Of a DNA stretch of 64,000 bases, positions 50,900 to 64,000 are shown piece by piece; positions within the stretch are counted from its first letter, which is position 1, and the number at the start of each line of letters is the position of its first letter. Origin of the DNA: Epiperipatus broadwayi (Eukaryota; Animalia; Onychophora); the NCBI GenBank assembly GCA_028023455.1, contig JAQFVV010000009.1, positions 5,642,001 through 5,706,000 on the forward strand, in the 5' to 3' direction. Below the pieces are notes generated by a model. It was not told the origin of the DNA. It did not search any database and saw nothing but the letters and a program-made list of their open reading frames with translations. The translations under genes and the position numbers were made by a program.

Positions 50900-53870
50900 A
50901 TATAAATCATTCTTAATTGCCATTGGTATCAAAATTTTCCATAGGTTTTCATCATAGATATCCAAAATTGTGTGTATTTTTCTATGTCTATTAGTTTTTT
51001 CACATATGTGTTTTACTTTTAATCTCTCTGTTATTCCCAACATACATTTTTATATTTTCCATATGGTCTGAAGTTTCTGTATTAATTAATCTTGTGTTAA
51101 AGACCAGAGTCTCAGATCCATAAGTAATCATTGGCAAAACACATTTATTAAAAATCATCCTTTTCAAGTACATAGGCTTATTTTCTTTTAATAATATATT
51201 ATTTCTAGTAAAATACTTCAGAGCTTCCATCTGTATTAGTAATATGACCCCAATATTTTTTCTAATTCATTAATGCCAATATTTGTTTTATTTGCCTGGG
51301 AATTGAAAGCTTTTGATCATGAGTAGTTTTAGCATTTATCTTTATTTATTTTGTTTTCATGTGATAGCTTTTTATAATAATATCTTGAAGCTCTGAGGCA
51401 TTATTTGCAAAATTTAGATTTTTAAAAAATAATCATTTATGAGGCAAAATCATTGCTGCTGCATTTTGATAAACACTTTTTAAAGTCAAATATCTTTTCA
51501 AATTCAAAACATATTGACAATTTATATTCTTTGGTTTATTCTATATTTTTAAGACTTAAATGTAGTCTATTATATTTAATTTCAACTTGTTTTTTTGGTT
51601 GTTTGAGTCTAAAGTTCTTTATGTATGAGTTGTAATAATTTTAGTAAAAATCTTATGTGAAATTAATAAAAAAATGTTAAGTCTGTAATTTCAAAGTATT
51701 TTTTAGTATTTAGATTTTAGTATGTAGCTTTATCTATAAACCAATACAGATATTTTAAAAGAAACAGGTGAAGAAATTCATAAAATTAATTACATATCTT
51801 AGTTCATTCAAATTCTATAAATCTTGGAATTTTAAGAAATATTATTGAAACTTGTAAAAGCTATATTTTATTACTACGTAGTTTTTTGCAGAATTCTTGT
51901 ATTGGTATCAGTGTCATTTTTTCTTTTTATTTCCAAAACAATTTTCTTTCCAGTTCTAAGATATTTATATTTTCGAGTTTTCTAATACAGCTTTTCTTGT
52001 TTCTTCACAGTTATTTTATTTTATGGCATCAATAATTCTTTTTCATAATTTTTTCCCATAATTTTATTCTAATGAATTTCTTTTTCAACCAGCTATCTGT
52101 GTAGCAAATGTGAATTGATATCAATTATTTCTTTTTTTAAAAAAAAAATAATTCCATAAAAAAAAAAAAATAATCAGAAGAAATATTAATTCCGGAGATA
52201 TACAGTAGTTAATGAAATATACAACTCTAAATGCTTTTTCAATGCTGAGCACTCTTGTCAAAGGCAATAGTTATAAAATTAAAAAAAGAACATTACATAC
52301 ATCAAATTGCCAGACAGAAATTACAAAATTGTAACTCTAATTGCACATATTCCAAATGGTATTTAACTGAACACTATTAGAGTTTTTATCATCAAATCAC
52401 TACACGGAAATTATGGAATTGTCATTAGTTGTGCACATTTCAAATGATACTTAACTGAACACTATTTGACTTTATACTCATCACAAAATTATCATTATTA
52501 ATAAATCAAATCTCTTTAATTTTACATTTCATATCATTGCGTTCACTGCAAACCATTTTTATCTTGCTAGGATTGAAAACATAACCAAATAAATGTTTAT
52601 GATCAAAAAATGCTAATGACATTGAAGGATGCAACTTAAGTTTATACTAACAATATACATGCTGATTAAATCTTACATTAATGCATGCTCTGGATGCATC
52701 GTAATAAAAATAAGGGTGATTATGTTCTTAACACTTAATTATATAAACAATTATTTCTTTATTGATCTTATTCAAGTCTGGACCATTTTCACATTATTAA
52801 TATTTTAAAGAAATTTGAAAATTCTATTTTAAATTCACTGAATCTTATAAGTATCAACTGTTAATTTGTCTTTTTTTTTAAAGTTCTTAAATCTCTAGTT
52901 TTAATCTATTACAAACATTATAAACTTGATATAAATATTTTCTGATATCAAAACATAATCCAACTTTACCTTTATTTGGATATAGTTGTTGCTTTTTTCT
53001 AATTCTAGATGCCTATTTTCTCGCATTTCTATCTCTATAGCCAACTTTAACTAAGTACTTTCATCTTTTAAATATTTTCTAATTCTATCATTAAAATTTC
53101 CCATAATTTTTAATTAGTGGTCAAATCCAAAGCATTCATATATCCATATAAAAAAAACTTGTACATCTTGTTTGGATGTAAATCTGAATTATTCTCATTT
53201 GGTATCTATCTTTCATTAAATTAAATAATTAATTTTGCCACTTTATCTTATATACAATTCAGTTTCCCAAATCTTGTTCTTTCATATTTTATTTGTAACA
53301 AGTGTCACTCCACTTGTGTTTCAATGATATATTGAAATACATGTTCATTTAAAAATCCAATTCTTACTGTTTTTTTTTTCAATTTTCACAAAGTCCAACA
53401 ACATTCCATTTAATATTAGATAATTCTTCCAATTCATAGTCTAAAATGGTCTACAGTTATAGATAGCTAAATTAAAAGTTATCATCAAATGGCAACCTAG
53501 AAGATTCTTAAAAGGATTTATCTCCAGTTATCAACTGCTGCCTTGGCTTGTGACTTCACAGCCTCCTGAAAATGGGAGCTGTAATTTATTTTTGTATTTC
53601 ATTATCATTAATATAAAATAGAAATAATGCATACATTCATTCAGCATTTAAAAACTATCAGACATCTGAGATAAAAAAATATATTGTTTTTTTTTTAATT
53701 CTCGAAAGAAATGATAGCAGTTCAAACATGTTCATTTACCATATAAATAATTATGTGGTAATAACAATCTCAGAAGAAAAAAAAAGTTATTATGGAGTGG
53801 ACATTAGAAGTTTGCCCTCTGAGTTTTCTTTTAAGACCTCAAAGATAAATCACAGGATTTTCTTTCATTT
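50900..53870 (-). mobile_element. Old, heavily degraded RTE copy related to 31290-34500
   Basis: 5' UTR motif ggagtggacattag..tttgccct (53793-53820), start-region match at 53470-53590, FANNASELQ at ~51390-51410, and FNKCVLPMITYGSET at ~51120. Confidence 0.7.
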
Positions 53871-54299
53871 AATAATCTCCGTTTTTGAAATGGGTACACA
53901 AATATAAACAATCTTTATAAAGCCCATTTCAGTGGGGAAAATATTTTTAACACCTGTTCAAAAACGAAAATTGAAATAGAAATGAACAGTCTAGTCAAAT
54001 TCTAAGTGGTGAAAATTTGTCTTTTCTCTTTAACTAAGAATTGTTTAAATATATTTATTGACCAACATGTCGGTTGTATGTGTTAATCATTGCGCCACAC
54101 GAATTTGTTACATATTATCATAGGATTTCTTTTTGCATTATAAATATTTGTCTAAATTTAATTTGTATTAATTATTTCTACATTCTGTAGCTTTTTTTTT
54201 TAGCCTTTACAAAATCTGGTGTGAAATGTTTATATAAATAGTTTTGTTTAATAACTTGCTTTAAAAGTGATAGATGGCAGCATCGTATGAGTATTTTTT

Positions 54300-56966
54300 T
54301 AAATGATAAGAATAAGTTAGAAGAGTATAAAATACAAGTTGAAGAAATAATGGAAGAGTGGGTTGGGATGAGTATAAGGATTGGTGTAAGGAAGTAGAAA
54401 AAGTTGCAAATAGGGTTTTAGGTGAGAATATTGAAAAGAATAAAAGTAATAAAAAAATTAAAATTAGTAAAAGTGTAAAAGAAAGGAAAGAAGCATGTAG
54501 AGAATATAAGTGTGCTATTAAGAATAAGGAAAGTGAAAAAGATATTAATGCTAAATGGGAAAAGTACTTAGAAAAGAAGAAGTTGGCTAAAATAGATATT
54601 TATAGAGAGAGAATGAAATTGAATAGGAAATTGTTGGAGGATATTAATAAAAGTGGAAGAGATGGAAGTAAAAAATTTTGGAATTATATTAAAAGGAGAA
54701 ATGTAGGGAGAGAGAGTTAGTATTACTAGATGATGAGGGAACTGAGTGTAGTTCTAGAGAAGATTTAGAGAGAATCTTAAATAGTTATGTAATGAATATA
54801 GAAAAGATGTTAGATGTGAATGATAGAATATTAGAAAATATGAAAGAATATAGTAATGGGAATATTAGTTTTTCAGAAAATGAACTAAATGAGGTAGAGA
54901 AGAAATTGAAAAGTGGGAAGGCAAGAGGTTTAGATGGATGGGCAGCAGAGATGGTAATGAATTTAGGATATAGGGCAAAAGTAAAGTTATTATCCTGTTT
55001 TAATAAAATGGCACAGAATAGAGTTTTCCCAAGTAGTTGGAGTAATACAAGAGTAAGGTTATTATTTAAAGGAAAGGGTAAGGATCATAGAAAGTTGAAT
55101 AATTATAGACCGATAGCAGTAACATCAGTTTTATATAAAGTTTTCTCGTATATGGTGGCTAGTAAAGTTGTAAAATGGATGGAAGGGAATAATGTAGTGG
55201 GTGAAATGCAAGGAGGTTTTAGATTAGATAGGCGTATAGGAGATAGTTTATTTGTAGTTACACAACTTATGGATATGAGTAGGAATGCAGATAAACAGTT
55301 ATATATGAGTTTTATAGATATAGAGAAGGCATATGATAGAGTAAATAGAAATAGATTATGGATAAGTTTAGCAAATTTGGGAATGGATGAAGCTTTAATA
55401 GATATTATTAAGAAATTATATGAAAATAATTATTATATATATCAATTAGAGAATATAGAATCAATTAAAGTTAAAAATGGTGTGGGACTAAGGCAAGGAT
55501 GCCCTATGTCACCTATTTTGTTTGTGTTGTATTTGAGTGAAATGGAAAGAGCAATAGAAAGATTAGGAAGAGGGATAGAGATACCGTTAATAGGTAGTAA
55601 GGGAGTATATATTTTGTCAGGTCTTTTTTTTGCAGATGATATATTTTTGTGTGCAGAAAGAGAAGATATGGAAGTTATGTTGAGGACATGTGCAAGGGTG
55701 GGTAAAGAGATGGGGATTAAATTTAGTGAAGAAAAATCAAATATAATGATGGTTAATACTGAGGAAAGAGAAGATGTAGAATTTTTATTGGGAGATATTA
55801 AGTTAAGTTTGGTGAATAGATATAGTTATTTGGGAATTATTTTAAGTAATGAGAAAACTTATTTGGATGAATGGGAGAAAAAATTGATAAATGAAGCAAA
55901 GAAAAGAAAGGGATTGATAAAGAAATTAACAGTATTTTCATATAATAAATATGATGTAGCTAGAATTATATGGAAAGGAGTTGCAGTAGCAGGGTTAACA
56001 TATGGTAATGATGCATTATATGTTAGTAAAAAGATATTAGATTATTTAGAAAAAGCTCAAAGGGAAGTAGGAAGACATGCATTGGATGCAGAAGTATGGA
56101 CAGCAAGGGAGGCAATTCAAGGAGAAATGGGATGGTCAAGTTTTCATATGAGAGATGCAAAAAGTAAAATGAAAATGTTTGGTAGATTGCAGTTTATGGA
56201 TAATAAAAGAATAGCTAAAATAGTATTTAATTGGGTTATGAGTAAAGGGCAGGTAACAAGATGGGTGAGAAAGGTAATGCGCTATGCAAAAGATTTGGAT
56301 AAAGAATTTATATCAGTATATTTGTACAAAAGATGGGATGATTGTGTTAAGAGGATTATTGAGTGTTATAGTAGTAAGGAATGGGATAAAAGAATAAATT
56401 TATTAATAAAGACTAGGGAATTAGAGAGATGGAGAAATAGTATGGAGAGTAAAAAGAGTTTAAATATATATAGAAATAAACAGAATATTAGGTGTGAGTT
56501 AATATATGATAATAGTAAGGAAAGTAGTTTATTGTTTAAGGCTCGAACGGGATCTTTAGCTACAAAAGAATATACATGTAAATGGAAAAATATGGGTGAT
56601 TTATTTTGTAAATTATGTAAGGAAGGAATTGAAAATATTAGGCATTTGTTAATTGAATGTAAATGTTTGAAAACAGAAAGGGTACATATAATGAAGTTGT
56701 GGAAAAATAAATATGAAAAGAGTGATTATACAGAAAGTGAATTATTGGTTTTTATGCTGGGTTTGGGAAAAGATAAGGGGGATTTAGATATAAAGGTTAT
56801 AGAGTTGACAAAAATTATGTTGTGGAAATGGGATAGAGCAGATTATGGGTAAATTTAGAGTGGGGAATGTAAAAGAAAGTGGCTAACAGGTTTATCTGAG
56901 CATAATTGCTGAGATATTCTTGACTTCGTTTAAGGAGAAGCCATAATACATCACATCACATCACAT
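54300..56966 (+). mobile_element. Young 5'-truncated non-LTR retrotransposon with (ATCAC)n tail
   Basis: ORFs 54358-54720 and 54792-56852 are joined by one frameshift in the AG run at 54706-54717; short 3' UTR; acatc repeats at 56948-56966. No endonuclease domain present. Confidence 0.9.
54792..56852 (+). CDS. LINE ORF2 reverse transcriptase with C-terminal CCHC knuckle (686 aa open, N-truncated)
   Basis: NYRPIAVTSVLYK, QGGFR, FIDIEKAYDRV, GLRQGCPMSP, FFADD, YSYLG, CKLCKEGIENIRHLLIEC. Clade not assigned from sequence alone. Confidence 0.9.
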   Translation: MNIEKMLDVNDRILENMKEYSNGNISFSENELNEVEKKLKSGKARGLDGWAAEMVMNLGYRAKVKLLSCFNKMAQNRVFPSSWSNTRVRLLFKGKGKDHRKLNNYRPIAVTSVLYKVFSYMVASKVVKWMEGNNVVGEMQGGFRLDRRIGDSLFVVTQLMDMSRNADKQLYMSFIDIEKAYDRVNRNRLWISLANLGMDEALIDIIKKLYENNYYIYQLENIESIKVKNGVGLRQGCPMSPILFVLYLSEMERAIERLGRGIEIPLIGSKGVYILSGLFFADDIFLCAEREDMEVMLRTCARVGKEMGIKFSEEKSNIMMVNTEEREDVEFLLGDIKLSLVNRYSYLGIILSNEKTYLDEWEKKLINEAKKRKGLIKKLTVFSYNKYDVARIIWKGVAVAGLTYGNDALYVSKKILDYLEKAQREVGRHALDAEVWTAREAIQGEMGWSSFHMRDAKSKMKMFGRLQFMDNKRIAKIVFNWVMSKGQVTRWVRKVMRYAKDLDKEFISVYLYKRWDDCVKRIIECYSSKEWDKRINLLIKTRELERWRNSMESKKSLNIYRNKQNIRCELIYDNSKESSLLFKARTGSLATKEYTCKWKNMGDLFCKLCKEGIENIRHLLIECKCLKTERVHIMKLWKNKYEKSDYTESELLVFMLGLGKDKGDLDIKVIELTKIMLWKWDRADYG

Positions 56967-57534
56967 AATAATCAGTACAAATAAAAATAATGAAATTTTT
57001 TAAAATATTAATCTTATTTCCTTTCCTTTTATTTAAAACTGTACATGAATGCATTTTTAATCTTTTCGTTTTTTAATTATAGCTTGCCAATGCTAGCTAC
57101 GTTTCGTACGTTTTTCTATACTTGTGAATGATATAAATAAAATCTTTTGTTGCTTTAGCGAAGAGATTGTGAGAACTAATAATGATAATGTGACTGATAC
57201 TGCGCGCAAGACGCATTTCAATGCTTTTATGTTGTCAATTTATTGTTTACTAAATAGTTTTATATTACTTTTACAACACAATTTTTATAAAAAGTCAAAT
57301 GCTTTTATTTTTTCTTCAAAATAACATTTTTTTTTTTTTAAATGGAAGTCATTTTTAATAAACTTTTATATACATCCTGTTTATCAAATTATTCAAACGT
57401 TCATTTTATCTTTCTCAAAAAGAAATTAACATATTTACTTTAGTCAGGAAAAAAAAAATTCCCTCATTTTAAATAAAAGCATGGTTTGTGCATACACAAT
57501 CAACTTCATTACAAATACTTTTGCTAGGTATTCA

Positions 57535-58770
57535 ATATGGGCTAATTATTATATGTTTCCAAATGGTATGGTAAAAATCTTGGCAGTTTTAGTTGTCACT
57601 AATAGATTTCAAGTTAAAAACAATTCTATTGTTTTGTTTATATAATTTTTAAATATGAATATTAAACTTAAATAATTTAAATTTTTCAACTATGTGATAC
57701 TTGATTACCAATAACAAATATTTACAAAAAATTTTATTGTCCATGATAAAATAGGAAAAAAAAATCATTCATATGAATTCATTTATATATAATGAAGATC
57801 TAATTTTCACAGGAGTATAATATTTATCATTGCATTAAAACAAAACAATACATTCATATTACATGTAGGATAGCGCAGGGATGACCAAACTTCATGTCTG
57901 AAAGAGCCACACATTTGAAGTATTCAATAGAAGCAAATGTTTGATTATATTTTTTTTATTAATATGATTTATTAATTATACAAAAAAATTAGAGAATAAA
58001 TTTAATAAATGAAACAAAATCAATAAAAATTTATTTATTATTCACATGTAAGTAAATATGATTAACAAGAACATTAAAATTTGGTGTGTAATTTGTTAAC
58101 AAAGCATGTAATAATTTCGTAGGGTGTTGATTCATTAGTCATGCTTAATGTTTTGTTTTTACAAACTTAATTATTGAATATAATGATTCACAAGAATATG
58201 TTGTCCCAAAAATTGACATTAGTTTACAATGACCTTTTTTTAAAATGTGGATACTTGGGGCAATAATTCTTTATTTTTCAGAATATAAATTAAAAATAAT
58301 TATCTGTATTGCTTGTTTAAAGTAGTGGAAGTTGATGTTTTAAAATCAAATAAGAACAACAAACTCAAGGATGTTTGAATTAAAACTGTACAAAGAATAA
58401 TAACATCATTCAATGAAGTCCAAATGAAAACTGAATTGATGATAAGTTCGAACAATGCATTATATATCCAGGAAATGCTAATGATAAAATCATTGAAGTT
58501 GATGATATAAACAATCAATATAAAATTGCCACCACAAAAAGAATAAAGCACATATGGTTTCAATATAAAATGTAAACACATCTTGCTAATATAAATTATA
58601 TTATGATTTTATTTTAAAAGTTTATTGAGAGACACATTGGACTATCTAAAGATTTGCATGTGGCTTGCAAGCCACATTAGGGCCAGGATGTGTATAGTAT
58701 ATTATACATGTAATAATGGCAAAATAGGAATTGGTCATTTATAATATTTGTTATTAAGTGAATTAGGTCT
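57535..58770 (+). repeat. Diverged duplicate of 59975-60350, interrupted by a hAT element
   Basis: ggctaattattatat..tttgtttatataattttt..aatatgaatattaaac..ttgtccatga..ttgcattaaaaca matches 57535-57845; the match resumes at ~58705 (atgtaataat.g.a.aataggaatt.gtcatt). Confidence 0.75.
57876..58695 (-). mobile_element. Internally deleted hAT (Charlie-type) element with a transposase C-terminal remnant
   Basis: TIR-like CAGGGATGACCAAACTT at 57876 and subterminal catgtggcttgcaagccaca near 58660. Minus strand 58030-58260 encodes KYPHFKK..GTTYSCESLYSIIKFVKTKH..LLTNYTPNFNVLV. Confidence 0.75.
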
Positions 58771-61700
58771 CTTCAATGCATAAATCAATCAATTCACTTG
58801 TATATGAAGTGGGCCAAATTTTATTTTAATATTTATTACTTTATTATATTTATTTTTTTTTTAAATTTTTTTAATATTTGTTATTGGCATTTAAGTATTG
58901 TCAATTATTCCAGTTTAAACATCAAAATAAAATTATTCCAGTTTAATATTCATATTTAAATATTAAATAAACAAAACAATAGACTTGTTTTAATCTACTG
59001 ACGACCAAAACTAGCAAAATTTCTGCTACATCATTTACATATAATAATTAATCTGTATTGTTGTATAATCAAATACCTAGCAAAAGCATTTATAATGAGA
59101 TTAGTAGCTTTTTCTATAATGGATGGCTTTGCAGTTGTCTCTGTTTACCTTCACTCTTTTGTGTCTGTCTGTAGCATTTGCTGGTTTTGTATTCATTTAA
59201 GAGCAGAAACTGGAACTAAAACATATGAGATTTTTAAAAAGGCCTGTATTGTACAGGGAACCTTGACTCTTTGTAATTAGGCTTCAAAGGCACTTGTGAG
59301 AAAATTTGCAATCATTGTTCTTTTGTATTATTTCAGAAAGAGAATTTTATCTTTTCCATAGTTTATTTATGATTATTTTTGCAAAATATTTGTAATATAT
59401 TTATTTAAAATAAAAATATTAGTGATTACTCATTCATTTTATTTAAGAATGTTTACTTTTAAGAGGACAAATCAAGAAAAATGTTATAATAATAATAAAA
59501 AAAAAAGATTGAACTTGCCTTCACAAATGTGATGGTAGTTATTTTTGTCATTTAAGTGTAATTTAAAACTTTAGAAAATATAATTTTTTTTGCTATATGA
59601 TGACTTAACAATAATTTATTCAGATTTTAGAACTAGAATTCAAATAAAAAATATTTTAATTTTAATATTTTTTGGAGAAATACATTAAGCTTTCAATAAT
59701 AAAAAAAAGCTATTATTCTGATTAGATATATTTCAGTTTTTTTCTTCTATATTTGCAGAGTTGAAATATTATTTTTATGAATGATTTTTGTTTTGTAAAT
59801 TTATATTTTTAATAAATAAACTAAAATTTATTGATATACAAAATAAAGATTTCATCATAAAATAAAATGTTTGAAATATAACCTGAATAGTTGCTAGGGG
59901 CTGGCCAAAAAAAAAAAGACATTAAAGTGTAAAAGAGATGTAAATGCTTTTACAAAGCATTTAATATATAATAACATTGGCTAATTATTATATATAGATG
60001 GTCTAGCAAACATTTTGATGGTTTAAATTAAAACATTTATATTGGTTTGTTTATATAATTTTTTAATATGAATATTAAACCGAAATAGTTTGAATTATTA
60101 ATTATGCAATACTTGATTGCCATAATAAATATTTACAAAAATTTTTTTTGAACATATATGTCCGCATTGTCCATGATTAATTAGAAGGGGAAAAAACCCT
60201 CTTAGTGAATACATTTATAATGCAAATCTAATTTTTCCAGGAATATAATGATTGTTATTGCATTAAAACAGAATTATATATTCTTATTATCTATAAAGTA
60301 TTACATATGTAATAATAGTAGAATAGGAATTAGTCATTAAGTGAAATATATAGTTTTATTGTTTTGATACATTACCCAATTATTTGTTCTCTGTGCAACA
60401 TTCCTTTTTACTGCTTAACATTGTTAATATTTTTTCCATTTCATTTGCTAATAACAAAAAAATTAATGACAAAGATGTTAAAAGTTAATATATCAGTTTT
60501 CAAAAGATTCAAATTTTAATTATAATTCTATTTACTAGATATGACTATTTAAAACAACAATTCAAGTATGAAATGATGTTAAAGATTTTTCAAAGTAGAG
60601 TGAATTTCCTTATTATGCAAGAATAGTATATTTTTTGAATAGACCATAAGGTCACTTACATTCTAATTTTTTTAGTTGATTATTATTTTTTTATATAGAA
60701 TTATAAAGATTTGTTTCTGTATGTTCTTTGAGACTTTTTTTTTTTAATAATAGTATTTCAAAAGAATTAATCAACTATAAATGTAGATGTTGACAAATTG
60801 AAACCATCTCAGCAAAAAACATTATTGTTTTTTATTATAGTATTTTCAAGAATATTTTTGTTTATTACATTTTTTATTTTATTTGTAAAGTTGATAGATT
60901 AAATTTCAGATTACTTTTATTTTTTGAATTTATGCTTCTAATGGAATATTTATAATTAAAAAAAAAAATAGATGTTAAGTGAGAGTGATTTTTTTATTTA
61001 AAACAAAACAAAAACATAATCTATGTCTACACTATGATCAAAATGTTAAAACAAATCTTCTTTAAATGATCATATTTTCAAAACATTAACATATCAAATA
61101 CATTTTTATAAAACCTATATATATATATATTTAAAAAACATTATTAGGAATATCATATTTTTAATAATTCTTTAAATAATGAATGTTCAAGAGTTAGCAT
61201 TTATATAGTTCATAAAATTAATATCTTTTTTTTTATTTACTGCTGAGATAAACTGTAAAAAATCATGTGTTGTTTTTTGAATGTAAATAAAATTACAGTA
61301 ATATTGTTTTTGTTTACAATTAGATACAACAAATCAGACACTACATTTTTGGCAACTACTAATTTGATGCTTCTTTTAGTTTGAATTAACTGATAAGGGT
61401 TACTTAAAAATTTTATGGCATCCCTACTTATCTAATTATAATTACTTCAAATAACACTTTTTATGTTAACTTTGAATAAATTAATATGCATATAATTTTA
61501 AAATAAAATGTAAAAACAACAAAAATGAAAAAAGAAGCAAATATTTTACAGTGAATAAATTAATACATTTGATTCCTGAGAATGTTTCTTTTTTGTCTTT
61601 TTCAATGTATTTGTTTTTAATTACAATGCCTATCTTTTTTTTTTACAAACTAATAATTAAGAAAAAAAACTTTAATATTTAAATGTTTTTTATAAACTTT

Positions 61701-63676
61701 TTTATTCCTCATATTGTATTTGTTATGCAAATACTATTTTAAATGCTTTAATGAATATTATTGCAAGTAAGAAAAAAAAATCAATTAGTTTTTGTTTATT
61801 AAAGTATAATATGAATGTAAAAGCCAAAAATTTTGTGAACTATCCAGTACATATTGTAAATGTATATTCAACAGATATTAAAGTTAGTAATTCTTAATTT
61901 GCAATATTTATATTTAATATCTGTAGGTCTATAACTAAAGGAAAGGAAGTCCATTATTGAATTAGTATTGAATAATTACTTCTATCAATTAAAAAAAAGC
62001 TATTAATTTGGCAAACCCTTGTAGTTGAGAACACTAAAAATTCAATACCAACTATTTTATTGCTATTTGTCATCAAATTTTAATTTGTTAAGTGTATATG
62101 TTTGCATTAGTATATATTTTTTAACCCATTCTACATTTTGAAGTTCTAATATATTAATTTTGTTATTCTAATTTATTGGATATTCTATATTCTAAATGTA
62201 GCATTTATTTGATTCTTCTTGCAAAGAATTGTATATTATTTTATATCCATTTACAAAATCATCTTTTTATTGAATTTTATGAAACATAAATCACCGAATA
62301 ATGATTATATTTTTTTTGACTGTCTATAAGATAAAATTTTTCCAGCTACTGTTTAGGAGAAAAAGATATAATAGTAACAACTCACAACAAATTTATTTCA
62401 AAAAGTCTAATTAAACTTATAATAAGTTCCAGTTTATTTTTTAACTTCTATTCCATTTAAAGCATATTTTCAGTGGGCACTGGATTCAATATCACTTCAT
62501 TATATTTCTTTTTCATTTGCTAATAAAACAAATAATTTTACTTTGGTTGATCAAATTTCAATTAGAAAAAAGCTATTTTCATCATTTTCTAGAGTCATTC
62601 ATGCTTATGATGAAATTCAAATCCAGTTATTAGTTGTCATCTATTGATTCTGTTTGTCTGTAAATCCAACAATCCAGTATCCTGTTTTTCGGTCTGATAT
62701 TTAAGAGATAATTCAGTAATAATGATGAAATTGATGGACGTACTGAAGATTAAGAAATATTGAAAAATCAAATTTGAATTTTGCTGTACTTATGACTGTT
62801 GTTGCTTTTTTGGCTTCTTTTAAAGATTTCATCTAAACAAGATTGTTTTGTGTGTTTTGATCTCTCCCAGAATTTTTTTTTTTTTTATTGTTACGGTGTA
62901 TATACAAATTTATTAATACATATGCAGCCATGAAAAGACATTTTTCAAAATTTTGTGATTAAATCATCTATTAATTTAAATTTCTCATGGATCAATAAGA
63001 ACTAATGTTTCTCTTTATTTATTTTTTTTATATAGACTACTAAAAATACATATTTACTTACAAAGAAAAATTTTTAAAACCACAAATATATAATAAAAAG
63101 AAATGCATTTGTGTTATTAAAAAATAATAAAGTTAAAATATTTATTTGAAAACTTTTGTAAATATTAATATGAAAAATATGGAAACATTTCTTGGTTTTA
63201 AAATTAAATACAACAATTTTGTTTAGTCATGATATTTTTTATAATTCTTCACCAGTTCATGCATCTATATTAACTTTGACCGAATATATAATAAGTGCAA
63301 AATCTTGAAGCTTTAGTTTAATTCAAATTAAACAATTTTATATCAGATTATCTACTATATAAAAGATTTAAGAGAAATAAATAGTACTGGAAATTAGTGA
63401 AATATATGTAAAAATAATTCAGATTTTATAGTCCAAAATATTCCACACTTATTAATTATAAAATATATGTCTAAAACCTTTATTATTTGCTAAGCCAGGG
63501 TTATCAAAGCTTAACTAAGAAATAAAATTAGCAAAATATTAGCAGTAGCCATATGTGTGTAAAATGTAAATTAAACTGGCTACTAATTATTAGTAGGGGC
63601 TGGTTTTTATCTTTTTTTAATACTTTGTGAAGGGATATAATCATATGACCAAAGATGCAAAAAAATGTATGATTCC

Positions 63677-63825
63677 TCTCACACAAGGTCTATCCTCTTT
63701 TAACTCTTTGTGGAGGTGTGTAATCATCAACATTTTTTTTTCACATCTTTGATTATATATTTATGATTATATTCCTCCACAAGGTTTTTAAAGAGGATAG
63801 AAACCAGTTCTTACCTTGTGTGAGA
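63677..63825. repeat. Small inverted repeat (40-52 bp arms)
   Basis: tctcacacaagg..ctatcctcttt..ttgtggagg versus cctccacaagg..aaagaggatag..ccttgtgtgaga. Confidence 0.75.
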
Positions 63826-64000
63826 TTGGCATAGTGAAAATTACAATGTAGAACTATTGTTATATATATATTTAAATCACACTTCATCAAACACTTCTTA
63901 CATTCTCTATTTATATCCCACCAATCATTATCAAATCTAATTATGTTAAGATAAAAAATAAAAATCCTTTTTAATTCTATGTTGTTAAATAGATAGTAAA

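Noticed and set aside
57085-57125. Minus-strand cgaaacgtagctagc, resembling the 3' half of a Penelope-type hammerhead
   Set aside because: No CUGANGA core or stem II upstream.
59149-59215. Candidate minus-strand exon FQFLLLNEYKTSKCYRQTQKSE with AG/GT ends; EYKTSKC resembles a TnpB/Fanzor RuvC motif
   Set aside because: Only ~22 codons, no other RuvC motifs or partner exons; a chance match is likely.

Overview
An AT-rich, CpG-depleted eukaryotic window, probably from an invertebrate intergenic or intronic region. I found no convincing host protein-coding exon. Most recognisable sequence is transposon-derived and often nested: RTE-clade LINEs (one near full length at 31.3-34.5 kb), an L1/Tx1-like LINE inserted into an RTE, a young 5'-truncated LINE with an almost intact RT ORF (54.3-57.0 kb), two hAT (Charlie/Buster-type) relics, and two Gag-only LTR elements. 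The standout is three unrelated families of small non-coding elements carrying minimal type I hammerhead ribozyme motifs (eight motifs in total) in inverted or fold-back arrangements typical of Penelope-like pLTRs or retrozymes. Two insertions of family 1 have 13-15 bp target-site duplications, a ~450-nt repeat unit, and an atypical A.A pair at the base of stem II. All alignments and folds were done by eye; identities and family assignments need computational confirmation.
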